A stretch of DNA of 64,000 nucleotides from Tricharina praecox (taxonomy: Eukaryota): NCBI RefSeq assembly GCF_024521635.1, contig NW_026250418.1, forward strand, positions 806,001-870,000, given 5' to 3'. Numbering within the stretch: position 1 is the stretch's first letter; each line of letters begins with the position of its first letter. Below are positions 1 through 12,339 of this stretch, piece by piece. The notes under the pieces are model-generated. The model was not told where the DNA came from. It was given only the letters and a program-made list of their open reading frames with translations, and searched no databases. The position numbers and the translations under genes are program-made.

Positions 1-897
1 TACGCAATATACCTACGCAATATATGCACCCACACCATCTACGGAGCGGGATTGCGCTTCCAGAACACTTCGCACTGCCACCGCTCGCATCTATCGTGCA
101 ACCAGGTCGGTATGCATAACTAGGAAGCGCAACTGCAATATGGTTGAATGCCGCCGCTCACATGGCGCTCACATGGCGCTCACATGTCCGTCCTTCTCGG
201 CCCGCATGCATGGCGCATGGCGAGACAAATACAGAAGCTTGGGCAATACGATCGATGTCTGTGGCTTCGCTCCGCCCCATCTCGACGCCGGTAAAAGTGC
301 TCCTCAAAAACGGAAAATCACGCAGAGATCATCATCGTCATGTGGTATGCGCTGACATGACGGGCCTAATTACGGTGCCGAGGGCTGTGAAATGGAACGG
401 TGAGACGGAACGGTGAGACGGAACGGTGAGACGGAACGGTGTTGTAGGTATCATACGGTGGGATGATGACGGGTAGGTTTGTAGTAAGTCCTACATACCT
501 CATACCTGTAGGATAACCATTGTACCAAGTCAATCGAGCGTTTGGGGATGAGCCTGCTTTCGCTATGTGGGCGTTTCTGCGTGCGGAGAAGAGCAGTCTC
601 CGAGCTGGCAACCCAGCCGGAAAACGACTGAAGACAAGGGTGCATGTTGTTTGTATTTAGATACAGGCATTTTTTGTAGGCATACCTATAACCATGTCCG
701 GTCCGGTGACACCTGGAGCACTATGAATCGCGCGTTATTGCGATACAATACGCACGTGTGTGGGTACATATCAGAACTCATCAGAGGAGGGAGATAACTA
801 CCGGTATACTTGCGGATATATAGTCGGTACGACGAGATCTGCTGGTTAGTTACCGAGAAAGTGCAGTTCTCGAGAGCAGAATCCGAACGGAACCCAC

Positions 898-1009
898 CCC
901 CGCAGTCTACTCCCCACCCCCGCAAAATAGATTGGAAGGCGGGGAAAGCATGCAAGCAGCAGGAGCGGTCGCGGGGTGTGGAGTGTTTAGCGCGAAAAGA
1001 ATACTCCGC
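898..1009. promoter_or_regulatory. Cluster of SYGGRG (CreA/Cre1 carbon-catabolite-repression-like) sites upstream of alpha-amylase
   Basis: SYGGRG matches on either strand at 898, 912, 918, 939, 971, 978 and 1004, about 1.1-1.2 kb upstream of the amylase ATG. The motif is short and GC-rich, so function is inferred from context only. Confidence 0.4.
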
Positions 1010-2115
1010 GGCTATCGGTTGATTGTGTCGTGTACCGTACCTGCCTATCCGTGTGCAGCCGCAGGAGACAGACAGACAGGGGCAGGCAAAGTGCAGGCAC
1101 AATGCACACACAAACACGTGTCACAGAACATTCCATGCGTGCGGTCCAAGAACCCATTGCATGCAAGGCACCGATAACGTCACCGCAAACACCCAGCATC
1201 ACGAGCAGGTGGAACCACCTGGCAGACATGGACAGTTACCAGTAGCACATAGGTCGATACGTGGAATTCCAGTACCAGCTGCTGGGGTCGGGCCGAGCGC
1301 GGTCGCGGTCGCGGGAAATCGTGGCGCCTCGATTGGGCGGCCCTGCGAGGGTTCATCCCAGTGACACACGCTAGCCGGTCGCGGCCACGCGAATAACCCG
1401 AGCGGATAGGCGGACTGTACCACACTGGACTACTAGTATAGAGTACCATACCGCAGAGTCCGCAACTCAAACGGTTGTAGATTCGTAAGGCACATGGCCT
1501 TTTCCCCTGATCCTTCCATCCACCCACCTACTCACACACACCCGACTGTCGCTTCGCCTCAAACGTGGCCGAACCGACAGATGGCTGACTGGATGGCTGA
1601 CAGCCTGACTGGATGGATGGCCTGCCGGTCGCTCCTGCTAATTTCGTCAGAACATGGTGCTGCAAAGTCGGGAGCTCCTGAATCTTCATGCATGCCGGCG
1701 GTGGGTGGAGAGATATGCCGTGATGGGTGAGCTGGGAGATGAGGGGGGTGAGGGAGGGGCATGGTGAGGGGAGGAAGAGGGGGAGGGCATTCTAGGACCG
1801 CAACCATGCGCTGCTTCATATCGCACCTCATCTTGCACCTCAGGAGTCGGACAGTACTCCGGTCCCAATGGTGTCCCGCAACCCAGTACCAGCACACGCT
1901 ACATCCCAGCGTGCTGGACGACAGCCTGCGCAGTGGTGTATCCGGACTCATTGCAGGAAGGCAGGTCTTCTCATATCCTGGCAGTCCGGCTTGCAACTTT
2001 CGAGATATAAGTCGAGCAACATCTCCATCATTGAATCGATAGCCATTCCAACAGTCTCTTGCTTGCTACGAAGACCTTACCCATTCCTTCCTTTCCGTAT
2101 ATTCCCATCTTCACC

Positions 2116-3778
2116 ATGCGCTTCATCACTCTCCTGAGCGGCATCCTCGGAGCCTTCGCTGCGACCGCCATCGCCGCCGATGCTGAAGCGTGGAAGACGC
2201 GTTCCATCTACTTCGTGAGTATTCGTGTCCTTCGACTCGTCGCGCCTCCCGCCGATGGATGCTAACTATACCTAGGTCCTTACCGATCGGTTTGCAAAGA
2301 CTTCGTCCGACACGAGTGCCTGCACTAGCCTGGGCAGCTACTGCGGCGGAACATGGGCCGGAATGGAGGCTCGTCTCGACTACATCAAAGGATTGGGCTT
2401 TGACGCTATCTGGATCACTCCCGTCGTCGAAAGTGGGTTGTTCTCCCTGGAAAAAAAAATGAAAAAGTATTGACGATTTTGCAGATACCTCCAACGGTTA
2501 TCACGGCTATTGGGCCAAGAACCTCTACAATGTCAACACCAATTATGGCTCCGCCAACGACCTCAAGTCGCTGGTGCAAGCCGCCCACAACAAGGGAATG
2601 TACATCATGGTCGATGTCGTTGCGAACCACATGGGTATCGGAGCCTACAGCGATTTCACGCCCTTCAACAGCGAGGATTACTTCCACAGTTACTGCGTCA
2701 TCAGCGACTACAACAACCAGGAAAACGTTGAGGACTGCCGTATCACCAGCGATCTCCCCGACATCAAGACCGAGGACACCAGCATCCGGAGCACCCTCAA
2801 CAGCTGGGTCAAGGACTTAGTTTCGACCTACAGCTTCGATGGACTCCGCATCGACACCGTCAAGCACGTCGAGAAGGACTTCTGGCCAGGCTTCGTGAGT
2901 GCTTCCGGCGTCTTCTCCATGGGCGAGGTCTATAACGGAGACCCGGCCTACGTCGGCCCCTACCAGGACTACGTGACCAGCTTGGTCAACTTCCCGATGT
3001 ACTACTCCATCCAGGCCGCCTACGCCAGCAAGGGCTCGCTCCAAGAGCTCGTGACGCAACACGACAAGGTCAGCTCCAACTTCGACCGGCCCGAGCTCCT
3101 CGGCACCTTCCTCGACAACCACGACGTCGTGCGCTTCCTAAACGTCAACTCGGACTGGACCGCGCTCAAGAACGCGCTAGCCTACACCCTCCTCGCCCGC
3201 GGCATCCCGATCCTGTACGGAGGTACGGAGCAGGGCTACACGGGCGGCAGCGACCCCGCCAACCGCGAGGACCTCTGGCGCAGCGGCTACAGCACCACCG
3301 GCGATCTCTACGGCTGGATCAAGAAGGCGATGGCGGCCAAGACGGCCGCCGGCGGCCTCGGGGCAAACGACCACTCGCACCTGTACACCACCAGCACGGC
3401 CTACGCGTTCAGCCGCGCGGGCGGCAAGCTCGTCGTACTGACCACCAACGGCGGCAGCGGCACCAGCGGCACCCATTGCTTCAACACCAACGTCGCGTCC
3501 GGCACCGTCTTTACCTCCGCCCTTGGCACCGCAACTTACACCGCTGGCTCGAATGGAAATATTTGCGTGACTGTTTCCAACGGACAGCCCGAAATATTAT
3601 TGTCGTAAGCGGTCAGCTGCTTTCTGTGTCTTTGCTATATTTTCGTCGGACACGTGGGCTAATGAGGTGTTTTTTTGCGCGCCACAGTGGTTCTGCTGCA
3701 ACTGTTACGACTGCTGTGCCGCCGACGAGCGCAACGACTGGGACGTGTGTGACTGTTACGGCTACGGTTTATGTCTAG
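2116..3778 (+). CDS. Secreted fungal alpha-amylase, GH13_1 (Taka-amylase type); exons 2116-2214, 2276-2432, 2485-3604, probably 3688-3778
   Basis: Signal peptide [22 protein letters not shown]13 motifs [41 protein letters not shown] and FLDNHD. GT..AG introns 2215-2275 and 2433-2484 with CTAAC/TTGAC branch points. The unspliced form stops at 3608; splicing intron 3605-3687 adds a Ser/Thr-rich tail. Confidence 0.95.
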
Positions 3779-4060
3779 AACGTGAAAGGAATGGGAAAGG
3801 AAAGCGAAGGAAATGGAAGGGATAATGCGGGTTGATTTTTTGGGATGGTTTTTTGCGCGGATTTGGGGGGGAATTTTGGGTAGGATCCGGATCAATCAAA
3901 AACTGGAATTTTGTTGTGGATTACGGTATTGGGAATTGCGATCGTGATATGAATCAGCCGGCTAGGTGGGCTCTCGGAGCTCAATTCTAAGTGAAGCGCG
4001 AACTCAGACTCGAGTAACGGTATTCCCGGAATGTGGTGCAGTAAATGCAGCGAATCCCGT

Positions 4061-4840
4061 CGACGTGGCTTCCCCTACCCTCTGCCTCGCCTCCCGCGAC
4101 TTTGTTGGGAGATACATGCCATAAGAGATGGCATTCACCCGGCAGCCCGAATCGTCGCTCGCTCCAACAGTCATGGTAGCCCGGCGCCGAAAACCTTCAT
4201 GACAAGTCTGTTCATTCGGCATCACTCGCGACGACTTGCTTGTCCATACGACATCACTCGAAATAGCACGTGGAAGGCATGTTGGAATAACAGAGTAAGA
4301 TATGGTAAGATGTGATAGTGAACAGTGTAGTATTAAAGTGTAAGGCTGTAGCCTCGTGAGAACAGAAGATATATGGAATAGGGGTAAAGGTCCGTGCCTT
4401 CTACCATGACTAATATAGACACATATTACAACAGTGGGACGCACTCACGATCGGCATGGTGGAATATTGCAGTCTCCGATTGCCAAGCTCTGGTCCCGTC
4501 CGGCCACCCGGAAAAATTGCGTAAACCTAGTCCGCCCATTCCACTAATCTCGTGGACTGCAGTCGACTGCAGTCTGATGTGCACTAATTACCACAGTCCC
4601 GCGACAGGCGGTCTGACGTGGCTTCCGCGGCCCTCCGCCTCGTCTCCTGCCTCTTCGCCTGGCGGGGGATTAATGCGGAAAGAGATTACACACCCGGCAG
4701 CTCGAATCGCTCCTCGCGACAACCGTCATGGTAGGGTAGCGGAACTACCCGCCGCCGAAAACCTCCACTGCACGTCCGTCCATACGACATCACTCGTGTC
4801 GGCAAGCCGGTCCATCTTGCATCACTCGTGCTAGCACGTG
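4061..4840. repeat. Diverged ~210-bp direct repeat pair (4061-4272 and 4616-4840)
   Basis: Collinear shared blocks GACGTGGCTTCC, CACCCGGCAGC.CGAATCG, GTCATGGTAG, GCCGAAAACCT, GTCCATACGACATCACTCG and TAGCACGTG. Confidence 0.75.
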
Positions 4841-5978
4841 ATCTACACGTGATCGCACGCAGGAGGGATGGGTTCTGCGGCTTCCACCTCCACTGATGTG
4901 GGCAGACGAATCCCAGAGGTCGCTGGCGAAGATGCAGTCAGCGAGGTGTTCGAGTGGGAGCTCGGAGAGCGGGAAGAGAGGAGGCGAGAGGAGGGTGCTG
5001 CGGCTGAGGCTGCGGCTGAGGAGGCGGGGTCACTCCTAGCACCCGCTTTCATAGCTTCTCCCGATGGGGAGGCAGGAAGCGAGGCGGAGTAGGGAGCGTC
5101 AGCTATTTTTGTTTTTCCTAGTGTTATTTCCTTGGTGCGCTCTACATACTTGCATCGCTGGGACAGCCTACCTATGGCGGGGTGGAGGGCAGGGGAAGCC
5201 GCATCTGGCCTCTCGATGACAGTCGGGTTTTGGACAGTGGTGGGAAACGGCGGGAGGGCTGAGTGGATGTTGCCGTGATCTAGAGTACATAGACAGGTTG
5301 TATGCAATCGTTGATTAACCAAAAAACAAAATATAAAAAGGGTTGTGCGGCTTCCTGTCGTGTTGCTAGTCCTTGCTCCGGTAGTCCACACCACTCTGTA
5401 TTTTGGTATTGATATTGGTATGATAATGGTATTAGTATTTACTGTTTAATCGTTCGCATATTCAGCCGCTGTACAATACATCGAACCTGCCCGCGGAATT
5501 CCGCATTCCGCATCGCGACTCGCGACTCACTCGGCGGGAGTGTACCTACTACCTATAGGCATGGTGGATTAACGTGCGCTTTCGTGATGCGATCACGTGC
5601 TTTTTCTGCACGACAGCTGCAGGCAAGGTGGGATAGGTAATGCGGTGAGCTCCACGGTGCTGACGAACTCTCGAGTTGAACTCGTCGGATTTTGTGGATC
5701 AATAGGTTGGCCGAAAGCGCCGGTGGTTTACAAGTTACGCGTAGCTAGTAGGCCTGTAAAGTAGGCGACACTTTGTGAACGCAGTGAGCCGCAAGATACC
5801 AACAAAGGGCCCATCTTTCCAAGCCTCAACTCCCGCATTATACATTATGAAGCAAACATAAACTAACTGATGAGAAAACCCTCCGATACACAGTGCAATT
5901 TGCAAACACCCAACAGCTCCAACGGCTACGGCAACGATAAAATATATTCCGCCTAATTCCCCAGGACCCTATTCAGCC

Positions 5979-8302
5979 TCATCTGTACTCTCGTGAACAA
6001 GGAATAGGTGTTTGCCAATTGGCTATCAGTTTGCCGACGATCTCAATGCTACTAACATTCCAGTAAACAATAATCAAAAATAAATGCATCAACATCAGCG
6101 TAATCATCCCAGCAAGACTGCCACATGTGACTCCAATCTTCAATGTTCTTGTCCATGTCCCAACCGCGGGAATGTCGCCATACCAGATAAGAAGAGCTGG
6201 GGTGGCCATCAGATACAAGGTAAGTAGCAGGGTTACAATTATTCCTGTATTAGATACGACGTATCCCAACCCCCATAAAATAGTGATAAACAGGAACATA
6301 CAGGCATTCATTCCGGAAAGCGGGATATAGTGCGGCCAGGCCGGGTTGTACGTCCACAATAGCGATGCGGGTATCCCAACAATGACACTGAATAGTAGCA
6401 AGATGCGAAATGGTTTTCTGATTCCGTTCAAATCTCTCGGATTTCGAAACGTCTGAAGGAATGCACAGACCACTGCCACGGCAATGTTGCTAACTAGAAG
6501 CCGGTGCCACAGCTTCCAGTTTCGATTGTGCCATCCAAGTTTCCATATGAGCGCCTGGGGAAAAGCCATCAGCCCTAAAGCTAGCACGTGTCTGAGAATT
6601 GGATGGTCCCGAGCTGATTTGAACCACACCCGTGTGGGGATGTTGCTGCCCTCGCGAACTCCTGATTCTATCGCAACTCTACGTTTGAACTTCTTAAGAC
6701 CCCCTTGGATGAACGTGGAGCGTATAGCAAGGCGGATGAAGTATGCGCCTAGCAAAAGACCGGATGCGAAGCCCCAGAAATGTCCTATACGTGGCTTATT
6801 CACCTCCCATTCCTATGGAAATCAGAGAATGTTGCCGGATACGGGTTTTGATTTTGACGACTTACTTTGATTTCCATCCCAAAGAATGACGTCGCGAAAG
6901 ATAAAGGGATAAAAATGAATGCAAGTTCCGTGAGCTTGCTAATCGACTCTCCTTGGGATACCGCATTGCGACTTTCGATGATCGACATCGTCGACATTAA
7001 TGCTTCGAAGCTCGCCACAATTCGTTGCGCCAGCCGCTTGCGGTCGGCTTCAAGTGCTAGAAGTCGGTCCTTGAGCTGCGGCAACCTATCAGAGCTGAAG
7101 TCCGGTGCCCTTTTCTCCTGGTTGGAGATCCACGACATCGACTGTAGGAGGGATGTTTCGCATTCGGTGAGGAGTCCACGCCAGTTGCACCATAATCGTC
7201 GCCACTCTGGTAATCTACTAGAGACCACAATGTCGTTGGACATTGTTGCATCAATTCCATCCAGAGTGCGGCTGATATTCCACAGAATACAGTCCCACCA
7301 CTCCAGCGTTAGCGCTAGTAGACGGATTCTGGCACGAGTAAGGAGTCCTGACAGCGCGATATTTGAGTCATTGTTGGCCTCTGTCATGTCGTGTAGTAAG
7401 GATTGGAAGATATCCCGAGTACCGGCCTTTGGTGCCGTCGCCGGGGGTGATTCTCCTACAACCATATGTGAAGGCTCGAAAAGGGGCCTAGACTCTTCCT
7501 CCTCCGCCACATCCTCCGAGACGCCGCGGAATCGCCCTCCTCTTTTACTCAAGACGGTGCGCTGCTTGTCAAAAAGAAAGACTGCTACCGCGAAATGTCA
7601 ATTTGGAATACACAAAACCTGAAAGAGGAGGCACGAACCACAATTTTGACCAGCCATATAAAATGTGTCCCGTTCTTCCACAGCACAGATATACGCCGAA
7701 GATTCACCAGTCTTCTCGGCGCCAGTGATGGTCTGATACGCTCGAAATATCCCACAATCAAATCTGGGGCCATCCTTAGTTGCTGCCACCAGAGCCTCTC
7801 CATCCAGTACCGCAGCTGGTGGAATCATGACTCGCTCCCATGCGGCCCTTCGAATTCTATATTTTTCGTTTTCCAGAACGAAGCTCACCGAGGCATGCAT
7901 GCCCAAGCTATAAATTCCGGTACTCCACCAGCTCATCGATGAAATTTCGGCATCCAACTCTAGGCGCCGTCGACTGTGCTGAGCACGGAACTTGCAGGCC
8001 GGGCACTTCTGGTTATCCTTCCATGATGTCCCACCACAAAGATGGTTACCCGCTTCTCCTCCGGAACCATGCTGTATGAAGACTTGGATAGGAATAGAAA
8101 GGTAGCTTCCAAGAAAACTTATTAGCTCTGGCGTGAGGTCTTCGACCAGGAACACAAACGAATCGCTCGGCGGTAACGAGTCTCCTGGCGGTATTGAGTC
8201 GTCCGGCGATTCCAAGCCGCTGGTAACCGATGAGTCGTTTGGCGGTAAAAAGAGGTGCTTCCAAGTTTCTAGATAGATGCCAAGCTCGGATATCGAGGTC
8301 AT
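5979..8302 (-). CDS. CorA-like (Mg2+ transporter-like domain) fungal membrane protein with extended multi-TM C-terminus; exons 8302-7639, 7584-6866, 6812-5979
   Basis: CorA C-terminal signature ESRNAVSQGESISKLTELAFIFIPLSFATSFFGMEIK|EW. Introns 7585-7638 (GTTCGT..TAG) and 6813-6865 (GTAAGT..TAG) join three ORFs in frame. ATG at 8302 (MTSISELG). Confidence 0.8.
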
Positions 8303-8317
8303 AGGTTTGAAATAAAA

Positions 8318-8470
8318 ACGTAACCCTGGAAGGAGAATGGCGAAGATGAAATACGATGAAGAAGTTGAGGTTCTATTGTACCTATTCAACTTCGAGGAGG
8401 CATGATATGTATGGCTCCTCTCTGATGGCTAAGATACAAAGTTGATGCCACTCAATCCGGCTAATCGGCC
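8318..8470 (+). repeat. Dispersed ~150-bp element, copy A
   Basis: CGTAACCCTGGAAGGAGAATGGCGAAGATGAAATACGATGAAGAAGTTGAGGTT...TTCAACTTCGAGGAG...CACTCAATCCGGCTA aligns with the copies at 23760-23896(-), 33280-33357(+) and 44445-44613(-). Confidence 0.8.
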
Positions 8471-8900
8471 CTCCTCCCATGGTGGCAGACAACACATACC
8501 GGTAGTGGTAGGAAACGGTCAGTGGAGGCCGAGGAGCAGACTCGCTTATGCTTCTTCTTCTTGTTTCTGTACCGAGACACACACCAATTGGTTAAATAAT
8601 CAATCTTTTGAACGTCAATCTATCGTCACAATCGCGTCGCTTCTACGTATAGTACCTACAGGGCACTCAACGGTCCGGTCGTCGAACCCCCCACCGCAGA
8701 AACTTCGTACCCGACGCCCTCGATCCTATGCATTTTACACATATGCTCCACACCTACGTCCCCCTCACCCCGAGAGCTCACGAGGAGCTGAAGCTTCACA
8801 ATCACGGACCACCACCTTGTCTTTAGACTTTAGCGCCAAACCTCTTTTTCTTTTTCTTCTTCTCCTCCTTCCAAGTTCCGACAGTCCGTCGAAGTTCGAA

Positions 8901-9597
8901 TAGTGTTCTCCATTATCCATACTCCGGTCCGGACTACAGACCGGACGGGACGGGACGGAGTTCCAACATCCAAGATCCAGTCCCGTCCGGCGTCCGTGCC
9001 TTTTGGAGGACGGGATAAAACTTAAAAGTAGTCCCTCGACTCCCTCCCGTCCGACAATTTGCTGGACGGGGTTGGACTGCACTCGACTGCAGTCCGGTAG
9101 TGAAAAAAAAGTGCCACTCTTTTGAATTTTCAGCACTTGCCCCACCAAATATGATAGCGTGATAGCATTTCCCACTACTCGTGCCTATCGTGTGTTGAAT
9201 TCCATCCAGTGCTATTTTGCAACAGTAGCAACACCGTGAGTGGCGACAACATCTAGGTACGTCCAGTGCTCTACATACCAGCAATGCTGCGCCACAATCT
9301 TCGTCCAGCCTCCAGCAACAATAACCTACGCCACAAGCTGCGCCACAATATTTGGTTACGTTCCTACATAGTACCATCACCGCCGAGGCGTCGTCTTTAC
9401 TCCAGCCCAAGCGCATATATACAGCAGTACTTCCCTCAGCCACTAACTACAACCACCGATAATACCTAAGCCGCGGGCTTTCGTTCGTGATTTCTGTCGC
9501 CTTGTACCAGTCTTTGCAGTCCGTCCCGTCCGTCCGATAGACACCTCCGGACGGACTGGACTGGACGGACTGGACTACATACCTATGGAGAACACTG
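8901..9597. mobile_element. Non-autonomous hAT-like DNA transposon (MITE)
   Basis: Terminal inverted repeats TAGTGTTCTCCAT (8901) and ATGGAGAACACTG (ends 9597), with dense subterminal GGAC/GTCC repeats at both ends. 8-bp flanks match only partly (AGTTCGAA/TCGCCGAA). Confidence 0.6.
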
Positions 9598-10745
9598 TCG
9601 CCGAACCCCCCGCCGAACCCCACACCGCAAACCCCTCGTGCATTATCCTTTCCGCCCCCGTACTTTATCCTCTCCGCCCTCTCCACCTCCACCCTCCGCC
9701 CTCGGTTCACAGCTCCGCAACTCCGTGCCCCGGAGCCGGAACTCAGTGACCAGTCCCTCCGCCCTCCCCCCAAAAGAAAAGAGAAAAAAAGAGGGAAAAA
9801 AAAAACCGAACGAACCGAGTGATCGGTGCTGAACCGGCCCGTATCCAAGATCGGCGTCACCCTGGCCGGGCCGGAATCGGGGCCGGAATCGAGGCCGGAA
9901 TCAGCGCCCCCACGGGCCTACGGACCCACAGGCGGGAATTGTTGGCTGCCGAGAGGTCAGCCGAGAGGTCGGGATGTCGGGTGATGTCACTCGTGTGTGG
10001 TGGTCTGTTGCTGGCCGGCGATACGTACACTGTTCTGTTCTCAGCACTCTGTTCTCGGCACTCTGTTCTCGGCACGGGGATACCTATTGCCATGATCTAC
10101 TAGGTATGTAGGTACTAGATAGGTCGTATGCAATCATGAGTAAACCAAGCCGTTCTCGGCACGGGGTGAGGGTGAGGGTGAGAGTGTAGGTGACAGCCGC
10201 GTAGAAACGAACATGTAATCTGCCATCAATTAGGTACTACCAAAGGTCGAATGTAATGATGATTCTCCCCGGCAGCGTATGGCGGCGTGATATTGCAATC
10301 ACCCCGCTTCATTGGTGGTACGCGGAGAGTTGTCGGAAATAAGCGATACACGATACGCGGAGAATGAGAAGAAAGTCCGCACTCGCCTTTCCAATTTCAC
10401 CACACCTTATCACTCGCACTCGCTCACATTGGCAAATTCAACATCATTTGAGATCTGATTCATTTGGTATCTCCAACTCCCACCCGGCTCCAGCCCCGCA
10501 TCCTCATTCATGACTATCCATATCTACATATCATCGTGCTCAAAAGTATAAAAACCAGGGGGAAAAATAAAGATAAAAAAAAAAGTGAACGATTTCTAGG
10601 TAGCATGACCTAACCAACCCACCGAAACCGAAATCCCCCAACAAGAAAACACACGAAACTCTGTCGCGTAACCAACCCAAAAACCAACAGACTAGAACAG
10701 AATAGAACAGAATAGAACAAGTGCAAAAACATAAAACTAAGCTAC

Positions 10746-12339
10746 TTAGTTCTCAATGTGCTCTCCGTAACCGCTCTTTCCCTTCTCGAGGTTCTCGCGG
10801 TAGTCCTGAGCGGGCACCCAGCCAGGGCTGCGGCGAGCGTTGGGAACAGAGTGGTAGAGCTCGTCGACCTCCTCGAGCGAGAGACCCTTGGTCTCGTAGA
10901 TGAAGAAGTAGACGAAGACGATGGCGACGGCGGTGCAGCCTCCCCAGATGAAGAAGACCTTTGAGCCGAGATCGGCGGACTCGGGACCTTTGTCGACGAG
11001 GTAGGGGGTCGAGTAGGCGAGGGCCCAGTTGAAGAGCCAGTTGGAGGCGGTGGTGAGCGACAGCGACTTGGCACGGGTCTTGAGGGGGAAGATCTCTCCG
11101 GTGACGACCCAGGCGACGGGACCCCACGAGGCGGCGAAGAAGGCGATGAAGAAACAGACGAAGGCGATCAGCACGTTGCTGGCGACGGCTCCATCGGCGG
11201 CGACACCGACGATGGCAACGATGAAGTGGAACACGGTCATGCCGACGGCACCCCAGAGGAGAAGCTGGCGACGTCCGAGCTTCTCAACGAGCCAAAGACC
11301 GGGGATGGTGGCGAAGACGTTGATCAAGTTGGTGATCAAGGCGATGGTGAAGGCGTTCTTGATGCCGGCCGAGATAAAGAAGGTGGTTCCGTAGTAGAAG
11401 ATGAAGTTAACACCGGTGAGCTGCTGCAGAGCCTGGATGGCACATCCGGTGAAGGTTCGCTTGAACATGCCGGCCTTGAAGCAGTCGAGCCAGGTACCCT
11501 TGCCGAGACGCATCTCGTATTCGTGGTTGGCGCGGATCTCGTCGAGTTCGGTCATGAGGGAGTGGTCGTCGACGGGCAACTTGCGAAGACGGCTGAGCGC
11601 CTTGGAAGCTCCATCGTAGTCGTCCTTCATGATCAAGTAGCGGGGAGTCTCGGGGAGGATGAGCATGCCACCGGCCAAGATGATGGCCCACAGGAACTGA
11701 ATGGCGATGGGGATACGGTAGGCGCCACTGTCGTCGCGGTTCATGGAGCCCTGGTTGGCGCAAGATGCAAGGAAGAGACCCATGGTGATAGCCCACTGGT
11801 AACAACCGACGATGGTACCACGGATCCACTTGGGCGCGGACTCGGACTGGTAGAGAGGAACGATGGCGGACAGGAGACCGACTCCGAAACCGGCGACGGC
11901 ACGTCCGGCAACAAACAGGTTCTGCTCAGTGGCGATGGTCTGCAACACGACACCGACGCTGAAGACAATGCACGAGGTGATCAATCCCCATCGTCGTCCG
12001 ATCTTGTCGGCAAGCTGCGAGGCGCCGAGAGCACCGAAGAAGGTACCAGCCGAGAGGATCGAGACGATCAGGGACTGTTCCGACGAGGTGATGTATGGGT
12101 TTCCGTCGGCGTCCCGACTCCGGGCGAACTGCTCCTTGAAGCGGTCCATGGCGAGGATACCGGAGATGGTTCCCGTATCGTAACTGTAGATCGAGTCAGT
12201 TTGACTGTTGTCATGGCAATCGAAGGGAAGTGCCAACATACCCGAAGAGAATACCACCAAAGGCCACGAAGAGACCGATGATGATGGCAGGCGCCGAGGC
12301 ACCGGCCTCATCGGCGGGCTTTTTCAGCATGAAACCCAT
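10746..12339 (-). CDS. MFS sugar porter, high-affinity glucose/hexose transporter type; exons 12339-12242, 12183-10746
   Basis: MGFMLKKPADEAGASAPAIIIGLFVAFGGILFG|YDTGTISG. Motifs DKIGRR, PLYQSESAPKWIRG, PETPR, QQLTGVNFIFYYG and YETKGLSLEE. Intron 12184-12241 (GTATGT..CTGAC..CAG). No long sensor-type C-terminal tail. Confidence 0.95.

Noticed and set aside
140..445. Short tandem repeats (GGCGCTCACAT x3, GGAACGGTGAGAC x3) as AmyR sites
   Set aside because: CGG spacing does not fit CGG-N8-(C/A)GG; treated as simple slippage repeats.
11226..12281. 351-aa plus-strand ORF and similar antisense ORFs (6867-7622, 27260-28006, 62518-63252)
   Set aside because: Mostly antisense shadows of codon-biased genes or low-complexity sequence, with no recognisable motifs.
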